The notes below the pieces were generated by a model. That model was given only the letters and a program-made list of their open reading frames with translations. It made no database searches and was not told where the DNA came from. Made by a program: the position numbers and the translations under genes. Positions 1 to 11,440 of a DNA stretch of 64,000 nucleotides are shown here, one piece after another; position 1 is the stretch's first letter; each line of letters starts with the position of its first letter. The stretch is from contig CBFDEM010000050.1 of the NCBI GenBank assembly GCA_965603825.1, forward strand, positions 124,001 through 188,000, given 5' to 3'. This stretch comes from Blepharisma stoltei ATCC 30299. Lineage: Eukaryota; Protista; Ciliophora.

Positions 1-3000
1 TGTGTCAAAGGTGCTTCAGTTTTCATTTTTATAATAGAATCAAAACTTGAAGCCCCAAATAAGCTTTCTTCTCCGAATGCAAATGACGAAGACTCCTCAG
101 GTATTTCAACAATACTTTCTTTATGTATTTTAGGGGAGCCTATATAATTTTCTAATATATCAGATTTACTATGCCTAGGACTGCACATTAGCATTCTTGA
201 TTTAAATTCAGAAAACACTTGCTTTATAGAATCAGCCAGCTTGCTTGGGTCTGACTCAGCTATTTGTGGCTCAATTTTATCGACTAAACTTTTTAATCTT
301 TTATTTTCCCTTCTTATAATCCCGTTTTCTTTGGTCAAATTATCAATATTTGCAGTGAGCTCTTCATGCAAAAATTCATCTTGTTTTTGGATCTCTAAAT
401 TATCTTCAGACCTGCTTTCTTTAAGTGCAGCAATTTCTAGCTCAGCTTTTTCTTTATATTCTGTATGCTCCTCACGCAGTTTTTGTAGCTCTAAACTTGA
501 AATTTCCAGCTCTTTTGTAATTGAGTCAACTATTGTTTCCAATTGAGATTTTTCAAATTCTAATCTATTTATTTCTTTTTTAAATTTTTTTATGTCCTCA
601 AACATTTGTTTGATGCTTTCAGTGTATTCTTGCTCAATTTTTATGATTTTTTCGTTATTTTTTTCTTCCTCTTCTTGGATTTTATTATAAAGTTCTGCAT
701 TTAATGCCTTGATTTTTTCCAGCTCTTCTTTTAAGCTAGCCTCTTGATTTTCACTTGTTAAGTTATTGATTTTGTTTTTAAGTTTTGCGTTTTCTTCAAT
801 TAGGCTTGAGACTTGGTTCATTTTGTTGTCCATTGAGGACTTCATAAGCCTTTCACGACTTTCATATTTTGTAGAAATTTCGTCAAATTGCAGCTTTAAT
901 TTTTCAGCTTCTTCTTCATGCCTTTGGTTTGATTTGTGTGCTTCATCAGTAAGACGAATATTTTCTATCATTAGCTCTTCACATTTTTTTTGGAGTGATG
1001 CGACGCTTGCTATTTGAGATTTTAGATCATCAATTTCATCTTGATGCTTATTACACTGCATTATTAATTTATCTCTGGTTTCCAATAGCTTAGCTTTTTC
1101 AGTCTCTAAAGATGACTTAACTTTATTTAAATCATCTTTTTCTGATAGCAATTTTTCATGGTCAGCTGAAATTTTTGCTATTATAAAGCCTAGGTCTGCT
1201 TTTTCTTTTTCAAGTTTAGAGATTTTTTGAGGTAACTCTTCGACTTTGCTTAGCATTAAGTTTAAATCAGATTTTTCTTTTTCTAGCTTCGCTATTTTTT
1301 GTGGATATTCTTCAGCTGATATTTTATTTAGAGTTGAAGCAAGCTCAGATTTTTCTTTTTCAAGCTTGGATATCCTTTGAGGATATTCTTCATTTGAAAA
1401 TTTATTCACGATAGAACCAAGCTCTGATTTTTCTTTTTCAAGTTTTGCGATTCTCTGAGGAAAATCTTCAGATGACAAATTTTTGATTACTGATTTTAAA
1501 TCAGAATTTTCTTTTTCAAGTCTTGCAATTTTTTGAGGATATTCTTCAGCTGAAAAGTTGTTTATGACTAAATTAAGGTCAGATTTTTCTTTTTCAAATT
1601 TCATAAGTTTTTGGAGAAGCTCCTGTGAAGGAGCCTCAGTCTTTCGGCAATTTTCTAATTGGGATTTTATGGATTCTATTTGGTCTTTTAAAGCATTTAT
1701 TTGAAGCTTTAGACTGTTATTTTCTGATTCTAAGCCGATTGATTTTTCTTTAAGCTGAAGGAAAGAAGAGACATTGCTGTTTCTAATTGACCAAGCTGTT
1801 TGAAATTTTAAAAATTTGGCCAGCAATTTGTTTGGAGCGGATAATAATTTCTCACTTTTTAATAAAATCAGTTTTAGTTGATTTTCAAAGTGACTTTGAA
1901 CTGAAAGGATTTGGTTTTGGATCTGAGTTACGGTATATTCACCAACAGCCAAAACTTTTAAATTTTTTATTTTTTCTTTTTGTTTTGCAACCTTAATTGA
2001 TAACACCTTTGAGCTATCCTCTTGCAAAGGAGCTGGATTTTCGCTTTCGACATCATTTTCAATCATGAGCTCATTTTTTTCAAACTCCAAGATCCCAAGC
2101 CTTTCTTTCAGCTCAAAAACTTCATCTGATAAGTGCTTATTTTGATTCTCATAGTTTTGCAATTGGATTTCTAATTCTTGACTAGGCTTCAATAACTCCT
2201 CTTGTTGCTTATTTCTCCTTTCAGAGTTTTGTAGTTCAATACTTAGCTGCTGGATCTGATTTAGCAGCTCATCTTGAATTTTCCCATTTCTTTCAGAATT
2301 CTTAAGCCTTGCTTCTAGGTCCTGATTTTGCTTTTGAGTATCTTCTAGCTGCTTTTTAATTCTTTCGAAAATTTTCAGTTTAGCTTCTAAGTCTTGATTT
2401 TGCCTCTGAATATCACCAGTTTGTTTATTAAGCCTTTCAGCAGACTGTAGCTTAGCTTCTAATTCTTGATTTTGCCTTTGTAGATCATCAAGCTGTTTAC
2501 TACGCTTTTCATAGTTCTGCAGTCGTGCTGCCTGCTCTTGGTTTTGCTTTTGAAAATCATCGAATTGTTTTATGAGTTTCTCATAATTTTGAATTCTGGT
2601 TTCCAGTTCTTGATTCTGCTTGGCAAGGTCAGACTTTTCCTTTTCAGATTTTTTTGACTTGTTTTCTAGGTCTTTAATCCGTTTTTGGGCTTCTTCATTA
2701 GATTGACCCAATCCTTTCACTCTTTCACTATATTCTTCAAATACATTTTCAAGCTCTTTTTTTTCTTTAAAAATTTTCTTTACCCCTTCTTTAGAATCAG
2801 AAATCTCTTTTTTAAGTTTTGAGGTTAATTTTGTTGCATCTTCTTTATCATCTTCAAGTTTTTCCACTTTTTCTGCAAGCACTTTTGAAAGGTCTTCATA
2901 TCCTAAAATCTCATCAGCCATTTTTTTGATTTTTTCTTCAGATTGTTGCAGTTTTCTTGATAAAAGCTCTTTTTCTCTTTTAACAATACTGATTTCTGTT

Positions 3001-5522
3001 GATTTATCTTCGAATATTTCTTTTTCTTTTCCTATGCTTTCTATAACAGCCATTCTGTCTTCTAATCTTTTATTTTCTTGTTTTTCTTCTTGCAGCTCTT
3101 TAGCAATATAATCTTTTTCTTTTTTTAAATTTTCTATTTCTTTTTCAGCAAAGCTAAAAAGTGACTGTTTTTCTTCAAGCTCGTTTTCTAGAGATTTAAT
3201 TTTTTTTTCATTTTGAGCTTTTAAAGTCTCTTTTTCTTTTAAAACCTTTTCCAATTTTAATTTTTCTTCTTGAAGCTTTTCACAAGCATCAGCTTTTTCG
3301 TCAAGCTCCTTGTTTAGATCATTTATTATTTGTTCGTATCTTTCTTTTAAGACTTGAATTGCTTTATTTTTATTATTCTGCTCTTTTACTAGCTGATCAT
3401 TTTTGTGATTTAGCTCGATTTTAAGCTTTTCAATCTGAATATTAAGATCATTGAATTCTTCTATTTTATAAGGAATGCCTGCTTCTTTTTCTGCTGCTTG
3501 GATTTTTTCTATTTTTGATTTTGGCTGCAGATTGACAGATTTTTTTTCATTTTCTAAATTTTGAATGATTATTTCATACTGCTGAATCCCTCTCATTAGT
3601 TCGACTATCTGTCTCTTTAAATCTTTATTTTCAGTTTCCAGTGAAATAGCTTTTCCTTTCCAAATTTCTGTTTCCTCCACTGCTTTAATCCTATCTTTTT
3701 CAACAGCATTTTTTTCTTTTTCCATATCACGTCTCTCTTGGTCTAAGCAATTAATTTTTTGAGTAAGCCCTAAATTTTCTTCATCAAATTCATTAGTAAC
3801 TGGTGTTTTCTTTCTTTGTAAGCCACCAATTCTATATAGTTTCTCTTCAACTTGATTTTGCATGTTGGTAATTTGGTCTTGCTTTAGCTTTATTATTGTT
3901 TCATTGGAGAATGATATTGTCTGGTCTTTTTCTAATAAAAGCTTCTCTAAATCTTGAATTTTATTTTCAGCTAATTTTATTTCTAAAATATAATCATTAA
4001 GGATTCTTTCTTTTTCTGTAAGCTGGCGATTAAGCTCCTTAATAATTTCTTGAGATATGTCGGATTGCTCAATAAAAACGCTTTCAACTTGTATAAGACT
4101 TAGAACTGGATCCTTTGGTTTTTGGCTTTTTAGTTCTTCAATTGTTCTCTGCAGCTCTTTAATTTCAAAATCTTTTAATTGGCTACTAATATCATTATCT
4201 TTTATCTCAAATTGTCTTGTCACATTATTTCCTCCTTTTTCTAAGCTTTCTTCAAGACTTTTTCTGTACATTTCAATTTGACTTTGCAGTACATTATTAG
4301 CCCCATTTATCGCAATTATTTTGCTCTGAAGTTCTTCAATTTCATTTGACAACCTTTTAGAAAATTTTGCTTCTTTTTGGTATTTTTCATTAATTTGGTC
4401 TCTCTGAACAATTAAATTATCGTTTTCTTCGCTTAGACTTCTATTAGTGTCAAGGATCAGCTTATACTCATTCATCATATTTTCTAATGCAGTTATGTGT
4501 TCTTTTTTGACTTCGTCTAATTGCCGCTGCTGTATTGTAAAAATATTTCTGCAGTCTTTATTTTCAGCTGCTAAGGCTTCTTTTTCTTGATTTAAGTTTC
4601 TTACCATGTCTTCTAAAGTTTCAATTTTTATAGTAAGACTTTCTACAGTTTCTGTATAATAGTGGCTTAGCTGCTCAACTTCTTGTTTTTTCTTAGAAAG
4701 TTTATGCATTAGTTTTTCTGGAGATCTTCTTCGATTTGACCTTTCACTTTGTCCAGCAATTTCCGAAATGGCACTCTCCAACTCCAATTTTTCTTCATAA
4801 AATGCATTTATTGACTTTTTTACAGCTGGGTCCGAAGTGTTCAACAAAGCTTGTAGCTGAGTCCCTTTAGCTGTGAAACTTTTTAAAGCTCTCCCAACTC
4901 TTCTCAATTTTGACTTAAGCCCTAATACATAATTTTCTAATTCCTGGGTTTCTTTAATATGATTTTCTTTTCATGCTCTATAGTTATCCCTTTCCCTTGT
5001 AACAATTACAAGTTTTTCTTTGAGCACGTCCACTTCTTTTTGAAACTCCTGAGATTTTCAATCAGCGAACTCTGCAGGCGATTGTATTATTGGAGAGACT
5101 AATAAACTGCCACTTGTGAGCCTTAAATTAGCGTTTTGAGGAGAGTATTCAGACTCATTTGAATTCACCCCTTTGATAAGGGAAATGTCTATATTGTAGT
5201 TAGTTAATTGGTCTTTTATGTTTTGCAGGTTATCATTATGCTGCTCTCTAAGCTTCTCTATTTTTTCAGAAAGGGCGTAGAAGTCGTCATCTCGAGAAAT
5301 TAGCTTGGAGGAAAGCTCAGCGACCTTGTTTTGGTACTGCTTCATGGTTTCTGCAGATTTTTTGAGCTCTTCTTGGGTCAACTGTAGCTCAATGTCTCGT
5401 CTTTGGAGTTCTGCTTGAAGGTCTCTAACTTTGAGACGGGATGCTGATGTTTCTGGGTTGGAAAGGGATTTTAGGTACCTTTCGCTGTTTTTTAGATTTA
5501 GGCCAATAGAATCTGAACTCAT
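1..5522 (-). CDS. Giant coiled-coil protein (>1800 aa, 3' end outside window)
   Basis: ATG at 5522. Frame continues through TGA(W) at 5058 and ~4971 (..FADWKSQEF..YRAWKENH..) as E/K/L/Q-rich heptad sequence and is still in frame at the window edge (..MKTEAPLT). The antisense Ser/Phe/Leu ORFs in the track are its shadow. Not every codon was checked. Confidence 0.8.
1170..1620 (-). repeat. Six ~26-aa (78-nt) internal repeats, SAEEYPQKIAKLEKEKSDL-type
   Basis: EKE[KN][SA][DE]L cores at ~1195, 1268, 1345, 1423, 1501 and 1580. Confidence 0.85.
2300..2625 (-). repeat. Five ~24-aa (72-nt) internal repeats with a QNQ[DE]LEA[KR]L core
   Basis: cttgattttgc-like cores at ~2324, 2393, 2463, 2536 and 2607. 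Confidence 0.75.
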
Positions 5523-6000
5523 TTCTTATTATTTTGAGGAGCTTTAATAGAGTGCAAAAAGATGTTAGTTAAGGATTTGATATAAAATAGTTTTAAGTTT
5601 ATATTTGAACTCAAACCTGTGAAGAGCTATTAATAGAGTTAAGGACTCTCTTTAGATAAACAGAATCATTATTTTAGCTTGACTAAATATTTTTTAAGGG
5701 AGCTAAATCTTTTTTATATAAAAATTCTTTAGATCAGGGCAAGATTTTTAAGAATAATTTAGAGTGTGTGCTACGTTTGTTAAAAGCGGCATTATGCCAA
5801 TGTACTCAATAATAAAGGCTTATCCATAAAATTCTAGCATCGATTTTATGAAAATAATTTATTTATTATCATTAAATCTATTAGATATCTAAAGGCTAGA
5901 AATTTAAAATTTTAGCTTATAAACGTGTCAACCTAAATAACTATAATATCAACTGATTTTAGACCTGATAATATGGACAAATATCCGTGGTGAAATAAAT

Positions 6001-7739
6001 ATGTGACAAAGATTAAGCATATTTATTATTTGGCTAGAGCTTTCAATTCAATCTGTAGCATCACATGATGATGAAATTACAAAATTCTTCTTAAGTGAAA
6101 TTGAAGATTATGTAAAAAGCAACACGTTTGAAGGCATACCAAAACTCTCAGCTTCAGGTTGCAATCCTCCAATAAGCAATTGTGTCTCTTGTATTACACC
6201 TTCAAAATGCGCAAGCTGTTCAGCCAGCTATCTTCCAAATGCAGATAATACTCAGTGGCTCATTTTGTGAAACTTGCAATAATGGATTTCAGTGCGATTC
6301 TTGCGTTGAGAATTATATTTTTTATAATGGAGAATGTCACTCATGCCCCCAAAACTGCGCACAATGCAATAAGACAGCCTGCGTAGAATGTGATCCTGGA
6401 TTTTATGCAGAAGAAGGAATTGCCTGTTTGCCACTCTTAGTTATCAAAAAAAAATAGACATTTATAAGTTTTTCACTTCTATTCAGCGGCAGCAACCGAG
6501 CCTTTAGTCATCGAATGGTGCCAAGGTTAAATAGGTATCGCATTCAAGAGATGCTTGCATATTTATAACCTTATCAAGGTTTAAAAAACACTACTTCATA
6601 AATAAGATTGTAGGCATATGTAGTCTATTCCCTTTATGTGTGAAGCCTCCATATTTAAATGACTACACGTATAGTATGCCCTTCTGTAAAAAGGCAACAG
6701 ATGTGTAAAAATGGCGGGAGATCTATTGTCAACAGCCCTTCAGTAGACGTTAAACGATGCATTATTTTAAGTTAATTTGCCATGCTCTACAGGATGTGAA
6801 GCATGCAACCCTGGTCCTTCGAGTGGCTCAATATGCACTCAATGTTATGATCTAGACCATTCACAACTAAAAAATGGCGAGTGTTCTTGCACAAAGGCTA
6901 ATCAAATATATAATCAAAACAATATCTGTGCTTGCCAGCCTGGATATTACCTTGACTCTAATGGTGTTTGCCAACAATGCAATATTGGCTGCCAAACTTG
7001 TGCATCTCCAAATCAGTGCACAGCTTGCTTTGATAGCGATTTTATGGTTTTTAATACAGATGGAATTTGTTCATGCAAGACTAACGAGCTTACTTATAAT
7101 ACAACTACTCATACCTGCAATTGCCCTTATGGAGAATACCCTGACCAGCAAACCGGACTTTGCAGCCCATGCCAAGATACTTGTGCAGACTGTGTCTCCT
7201 ATAATATTTGCCTTTCTTGCATTGACAATAGTATTTTATATAATACTGGTAAAGGAAATTGCATATGCCAAGACGGGAGCAAGGTATATAACAATGTATC
7301 GAAGTCTTGTGTTCCATGTCCTAATGGAAATTATCCTTCTTTTGGAGTATGCTACCCATGTGGATCTGGCTGTAATTCCTGCTCATATTATAATGAATGT
7401 AATCAATGCTACACAGGTATGCATTTATCATCAGATAACACAGGCTGCATATGTAATAATGCTTATACGCTGTTTAATCCTGTTACAAATACTTGTGAGG
7501 ATTGTGATCCTGCTCAGCCTGCTTGTGATGGAAACTGCCTTGAAGGATGCAAAATATGCACATCTCCTGGAACGTGCCAAACCTGTTATGATGCTGAGAA
7601 TATGGTCAGTAAAAATGGAGAATGTAGCTGCATAAATACAGATCAAAAGTACAGCTTTACAAAGAGAAAATGCGTGGACAATAGCTCAGCACAAGAGCTA
7701 GCTTTGGTTTGGGTTTTGGCGCTTTATGCGGCCATTTAA
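6001..7739 (+). pseudogene. Cys-rich surface protein paralog 1, disrupted (N-domain deletion, 8-nt deletion frameshift, 342-bp insertion)
   Basis: ATG TGA CAA AGA = MWQR as in paralog 3 (ATG TGG CAA AGA). KFFL joins directly to SEIEDY, so ~150 aa present in the paralogs are missing. Frameshift near 6257 gives TAA at 6280. Insertion at 6434-6775. The 3' part (6777-7739) is intact to ..LALYAAI. Confidence 0.85.
6434..6775. mobile_element. 342-bp insertion flanked by 7-bp direct repeat TTTGCCA (TE remnant or IES-like sequence)
   Basis: TTTGCCA at 6427-6433 and 6776-6782. Removing the insert plus one copy restores ACLPCSTG, colinear with paralogs MCLFCSTG and MCMWCSTG. No TIRs or long ORF seen. 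Confidence 0.75.
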
Positions 7740-8373
7740 TCTAACTAAAGTTTATCAAATAAATTGTTTGTGAGAAAATAACAGTTTTAAAGTTCTGATT
7801 TTATTAGAGGTCTAAGTTTGCAGCAGGTATCCTCACTACCTTTAGGCTCATTCCAATAGAGCCTGTTCTCATTTCTTATTATTTGATTGGTTTAATAGGC
7901 TGTTATTATATAATAAGTCTGTAAGTTTAATGCAATTTTTATGGAAAAAGCTGGATTTAAAAAATTTAATAAGTGAAGCCAATATTTTATTTCTAAAGCA
8001 TTTGAATAATAAAGAATTTTTAAGAAATATTTTTACAATACTTAAAAAAGCTGAAATACACTCGAGAGCAGGCATGATCCCACCTTAAAGCCAAGCTATT
8101 ATAGTGCTCTCTCTATATATATTTTTAATTATCATTCTAATTTAATAAAAAGTTTTTCTTCATAAAGCAGTTATTTATTCAAGATTTAAAATTATTTAAT
8201 TTTTAGAAATAATTAAATTTTAGAAAGTTTTCGCTCCTACTATTAAATTATTTAAAATAATATTTTAAGGATTCAACTATAATTAGATGCGCTTCATCTG
8301 ATGTAAAAAATATCTAAAATGCATCACATTTTATTAATCTAAAATTATGGCTTAATGTGCTGGTGAAATAAAT

Positions 8374-10221
8374 ATGTGGAAAAGATTAGGTATTTCTCTT
8401 ATTTTGGTAGGACTTTCTTTAGCATCGTCTAATGATAATGAAACTCCAAAATACTTCTTAAAAAGCTTGGCTGATCCTAGCAAGGGAAACTACTACCCTC
8501 TTAGAATTTCATATGAGGTCGATGAAAGTTCATTCAGAACTGCTCTTTTAAATAAAACTGTAAAAGCAGCTGCTGATATATCGATAAGAGTTTTATCAGA
8601 TTTAGTTCTTTTTTCTCCTTCAAAAGCTGGTTTTAAGTTTGGAGAGAGAATTCAGTGTGATGACTTTTTGATTCGCCAAATAGTAAAAAGCCAAGCAATT
8701 GATGCAGATTTTGGTTTATACATCAATTTAAGCGACGATTTCAAAGATGACTTAATCACCACAAAGAAATGTAAAAATGAGAATCAATTTTTGACCGCCT
8801 TAGTCACAATGAATTCTAAGAAATTCTTATCACTTGAAAAGATCATCCAAGTGAAAGCACTATCCTCAAGTATAGTAAATATTATTTTTGAGGATAATTT
8901 ACTTGGAAAACAATTGCTGAAAGAAATAGATAATTACTTAAGCACTCACAGCTTTGAAGACTCAAAAATTATCACTGCTTCAGGCTGCAATCCTCCAATA
9001 AACAATTGCGTTACTTGTAAAACACCAACAATTTGCTCAAATTGTTCTGCCAGCTATCTTCCAAACGAAGATGGCACTCAATGTTGTGCTGGGGAATATT
9101 GCAAAACTTGTAATGATGGATTTGGTTGCGATTCTTGCATTGATAATTACATTTTCCACAATGGACAATGTCTTCCATGTCCTCAAAATTGTGCTCTATG
9201 TAACACAACAGCCTGTGTAGAGTGCGACCCTGGATACTTTGTATTAGATGATACCATGTGTTTGTTCTGCTCTACAGGATGTGAAATTTGCCATGCTGGT
9301 CCTTTAAGTGATTCAATATGCACTCAGTGCTATGATCCGACAAATTCAGTGCTTACAAATGGAGAATGCTCTTGCATAAAAGCTAACCAAATATATAGCC
9401 AAAATAATATATGCGTTTGTGCTCCAGGTTATTATGAAGACACTAATGGAATTTGCCAACCATGCAATACTGGCTGTCAAACTTGTACTTCTCCAAGCCA
9501 ATGCATAACTTGTTTTGATAAAACTTTTACAATTGTTAATGCAGATGGAAGCTGCTCATGCAAAACTAATGAGCTAACTTATAATACAACGACTCATACT
9601 TGTGATTGCCCTAGAGGTGAATACCCTGACTCTAAAACTGCACTTTGTGACCCATGCCAAGATAGTTGTGCATTATGTATCGCATATGATATTTGCTTTG
9701 AATGCATAAATAACAGTATTTTATATAATACTGGAGATGGAAATTGCACCTGCGCTGATGCATCAAAAATTTACGACCCTACTACAAATACTTGTGTCTC
9801 TTGCCCAATCGGAAAATATGCTTTTCAGGGAAATTGTTATAAATGCCAAGTCGGTTGCTCTGACTGTGAATTTTGAAACGAATGCACAGAATGCTATCCA
9901 GGCATGCATTTGGCAACATCTAATGAATATTGTGAATGTGATGATCCTAAAAAAACATTCAATCCGAGCACTAATACCTGTGGAGATTGCGAGAAAGAAG
10001 GAGGTTGTGGAAATGGCTGTGCAGAAGGATGCAATTTATGTGCGTCCCCTGAGGTATGTGAAACTTGCTATGATTCTGAGAATATGGTTAATAAAAATGG
10101 TGTATGCAGCTGTGCAAATCCAAATCAAAAGTTCAGCGTTTCTGAGAAAAAATGTGTGGACAATAGCTCAGCAAAGGGGCTAGTTTTGGCTTGGATTTTG
10201 GCACTTTATGCAGCTATTTAA
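8374..10221 (+). CDS. Cys-rich (furin-like/CxxC repeat) surface protein paralog 2, 615 aa, predicted GPI anchor
   Basis: Signal peptide, ~180-aa N-domain, CxxC repeats and hydrophobic C-terminus (SSAKGLVLAWILALYAAI). TGA at 9874 joins two track ORFs in frame (EFWNEC vs paralog SYYNEC). Confidence 0.9.
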
Positions 10222-10813
10222 TCTAACTAAGGTCTTTAAAATAAATTAGGTGTATATCATAAATAATGGTTTTGGCTATATTTGTCTGCTTATAAAGAAT
10301 ATAATATATTACTGCTAGCTCTTCACTGTTGGTCTGGATTTCTTGTTTTTATTGATATCAGTGCTCATAGGACTTGCGTATTGCGATTCCTTCTTATCAG
10401 GCAGAAAAATTATTTATTTTTAGAACGCGTTTTCATAACTCTGAATCGTTCCTAAATAAATTAGCCAGCAATTTTTATTTATTCTAATTAAAGTAAAAAT
10501 TTACCCTATATGAGAATGGCCATTATTTATTATTTTACGCATCTTAAAATAGCTCTGCAGTCAAACTAAATATTTAATGCATTTAATTACTATCCTTTGT
10601 TTACTATTTTTGCTAGTCTTAAAGTATTCTCGTCTTGAACTCATCGAGTCAATTTTCATTAATTAAAAAACTTAATTAGTTCGAATCATTTCATCCTGTT
10701 TAAAATTTACATTTAAAGCAATCTATAAATGCCAAAATAAGTTTTATTTAAGTATTATGACCTATTATGAGCAAGTAGGTTAAATTTTAATTAAAATATT
10801 TTAGAGTTTTATA

Positions 10814-10869
10814 TATACAAATTGCCCGAGGATGGCGCTATTTTGAACCATCCTCGGGCAATTTGTATA
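10814..10869. repeat. Perfect 22-bp inverted repeat with 12-nt spacer and TA ends (MITE/IES-like hairpin)
   Basis: TATACAAATTGCCCGAGGATGG-cgctattttgaa-CCATCCTCGGGCAATTTGTATA. Confidence 0.9.
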
Positions 10870-10975
10870 ATTCATATTGATCTTATATTACTTCATTTAT
10901 TTTAATTTAATTCAATTCAAAAGTCCATGATACTTTGGTTTAAATACCAAAACCCTAATTCTGTTCGATCTAAAG

Positions 10976-11050
10976 AATATGGCTAAATGAGCTGGTGAAA
11001 TAAATATCTGATAGAGATTAAGTGCAAATCTTAATAAACCTTTAGCATCG
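10976..11050 (+). pseudogene. 5' relic of a fourth surface-protein paralog
   Basis: aatatggctaaatgagcTGGTGAAATAAATatctgatagagattaagt matches the upstream and start region of the three paralogs, with ATG changed to ATC. Confidence 0.65.
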
Positions 11051-11440
11051 CAGAGTTAATTAATTTCAAAATTGCTCTTTTTTCATATATTTTTATTAAG
11101 GAAAATATTATATAAATTATTGATTTTTTAAATATTTTGATGCAAACTTTTACGTAAGATTTAAGCTATATAAGTTATTCTTTAAAGCAGATTAAAACGT
11201 TATGAATGAATTTTTAATATAGATAATTAAGTCCTAGCCTAATTATAAGATTGTTTTAGTTATAAAAATTCTAATCTTTCAAACAAAAGATTTTTAAAAT
11301 CCTTTGAATAATTCTCCTGTAAAAATAAATTTTGTTACAACAAATAAATAAATTTCTTTCCATATTGCAAATGTTTAGAAAATTTTAGCTTAGGATTTAC
11401 AACGATAAGAATATGGTTAATTCCATATGGTGAAATAAAT

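Noticed and set aside
241-4281. Plus-strand Ser/Phe/Leu-rich ORFs in the track
   Set aside because: Antisense shadows of the minus-strand E/K-rich coiled-coil gene. The same applies at 30863, 32296-32895, 50249-51559 and 57158.
6874-7635. 253-aa overlapping alternative-frame ORF (also 9737-10183 and 12834-13193)
   Set aside because: By-product of Cys-codon bias in the real frame; not continuous across paralogs.
8064-8111. Short GAGAGCA..TGCTCTC stem (and AGGCTC..GAGCCT at ~7843-7863)
   Set aside because: Stems of only 6-7 bp with no tRNA/snoRNA boxes; compatible with chance.
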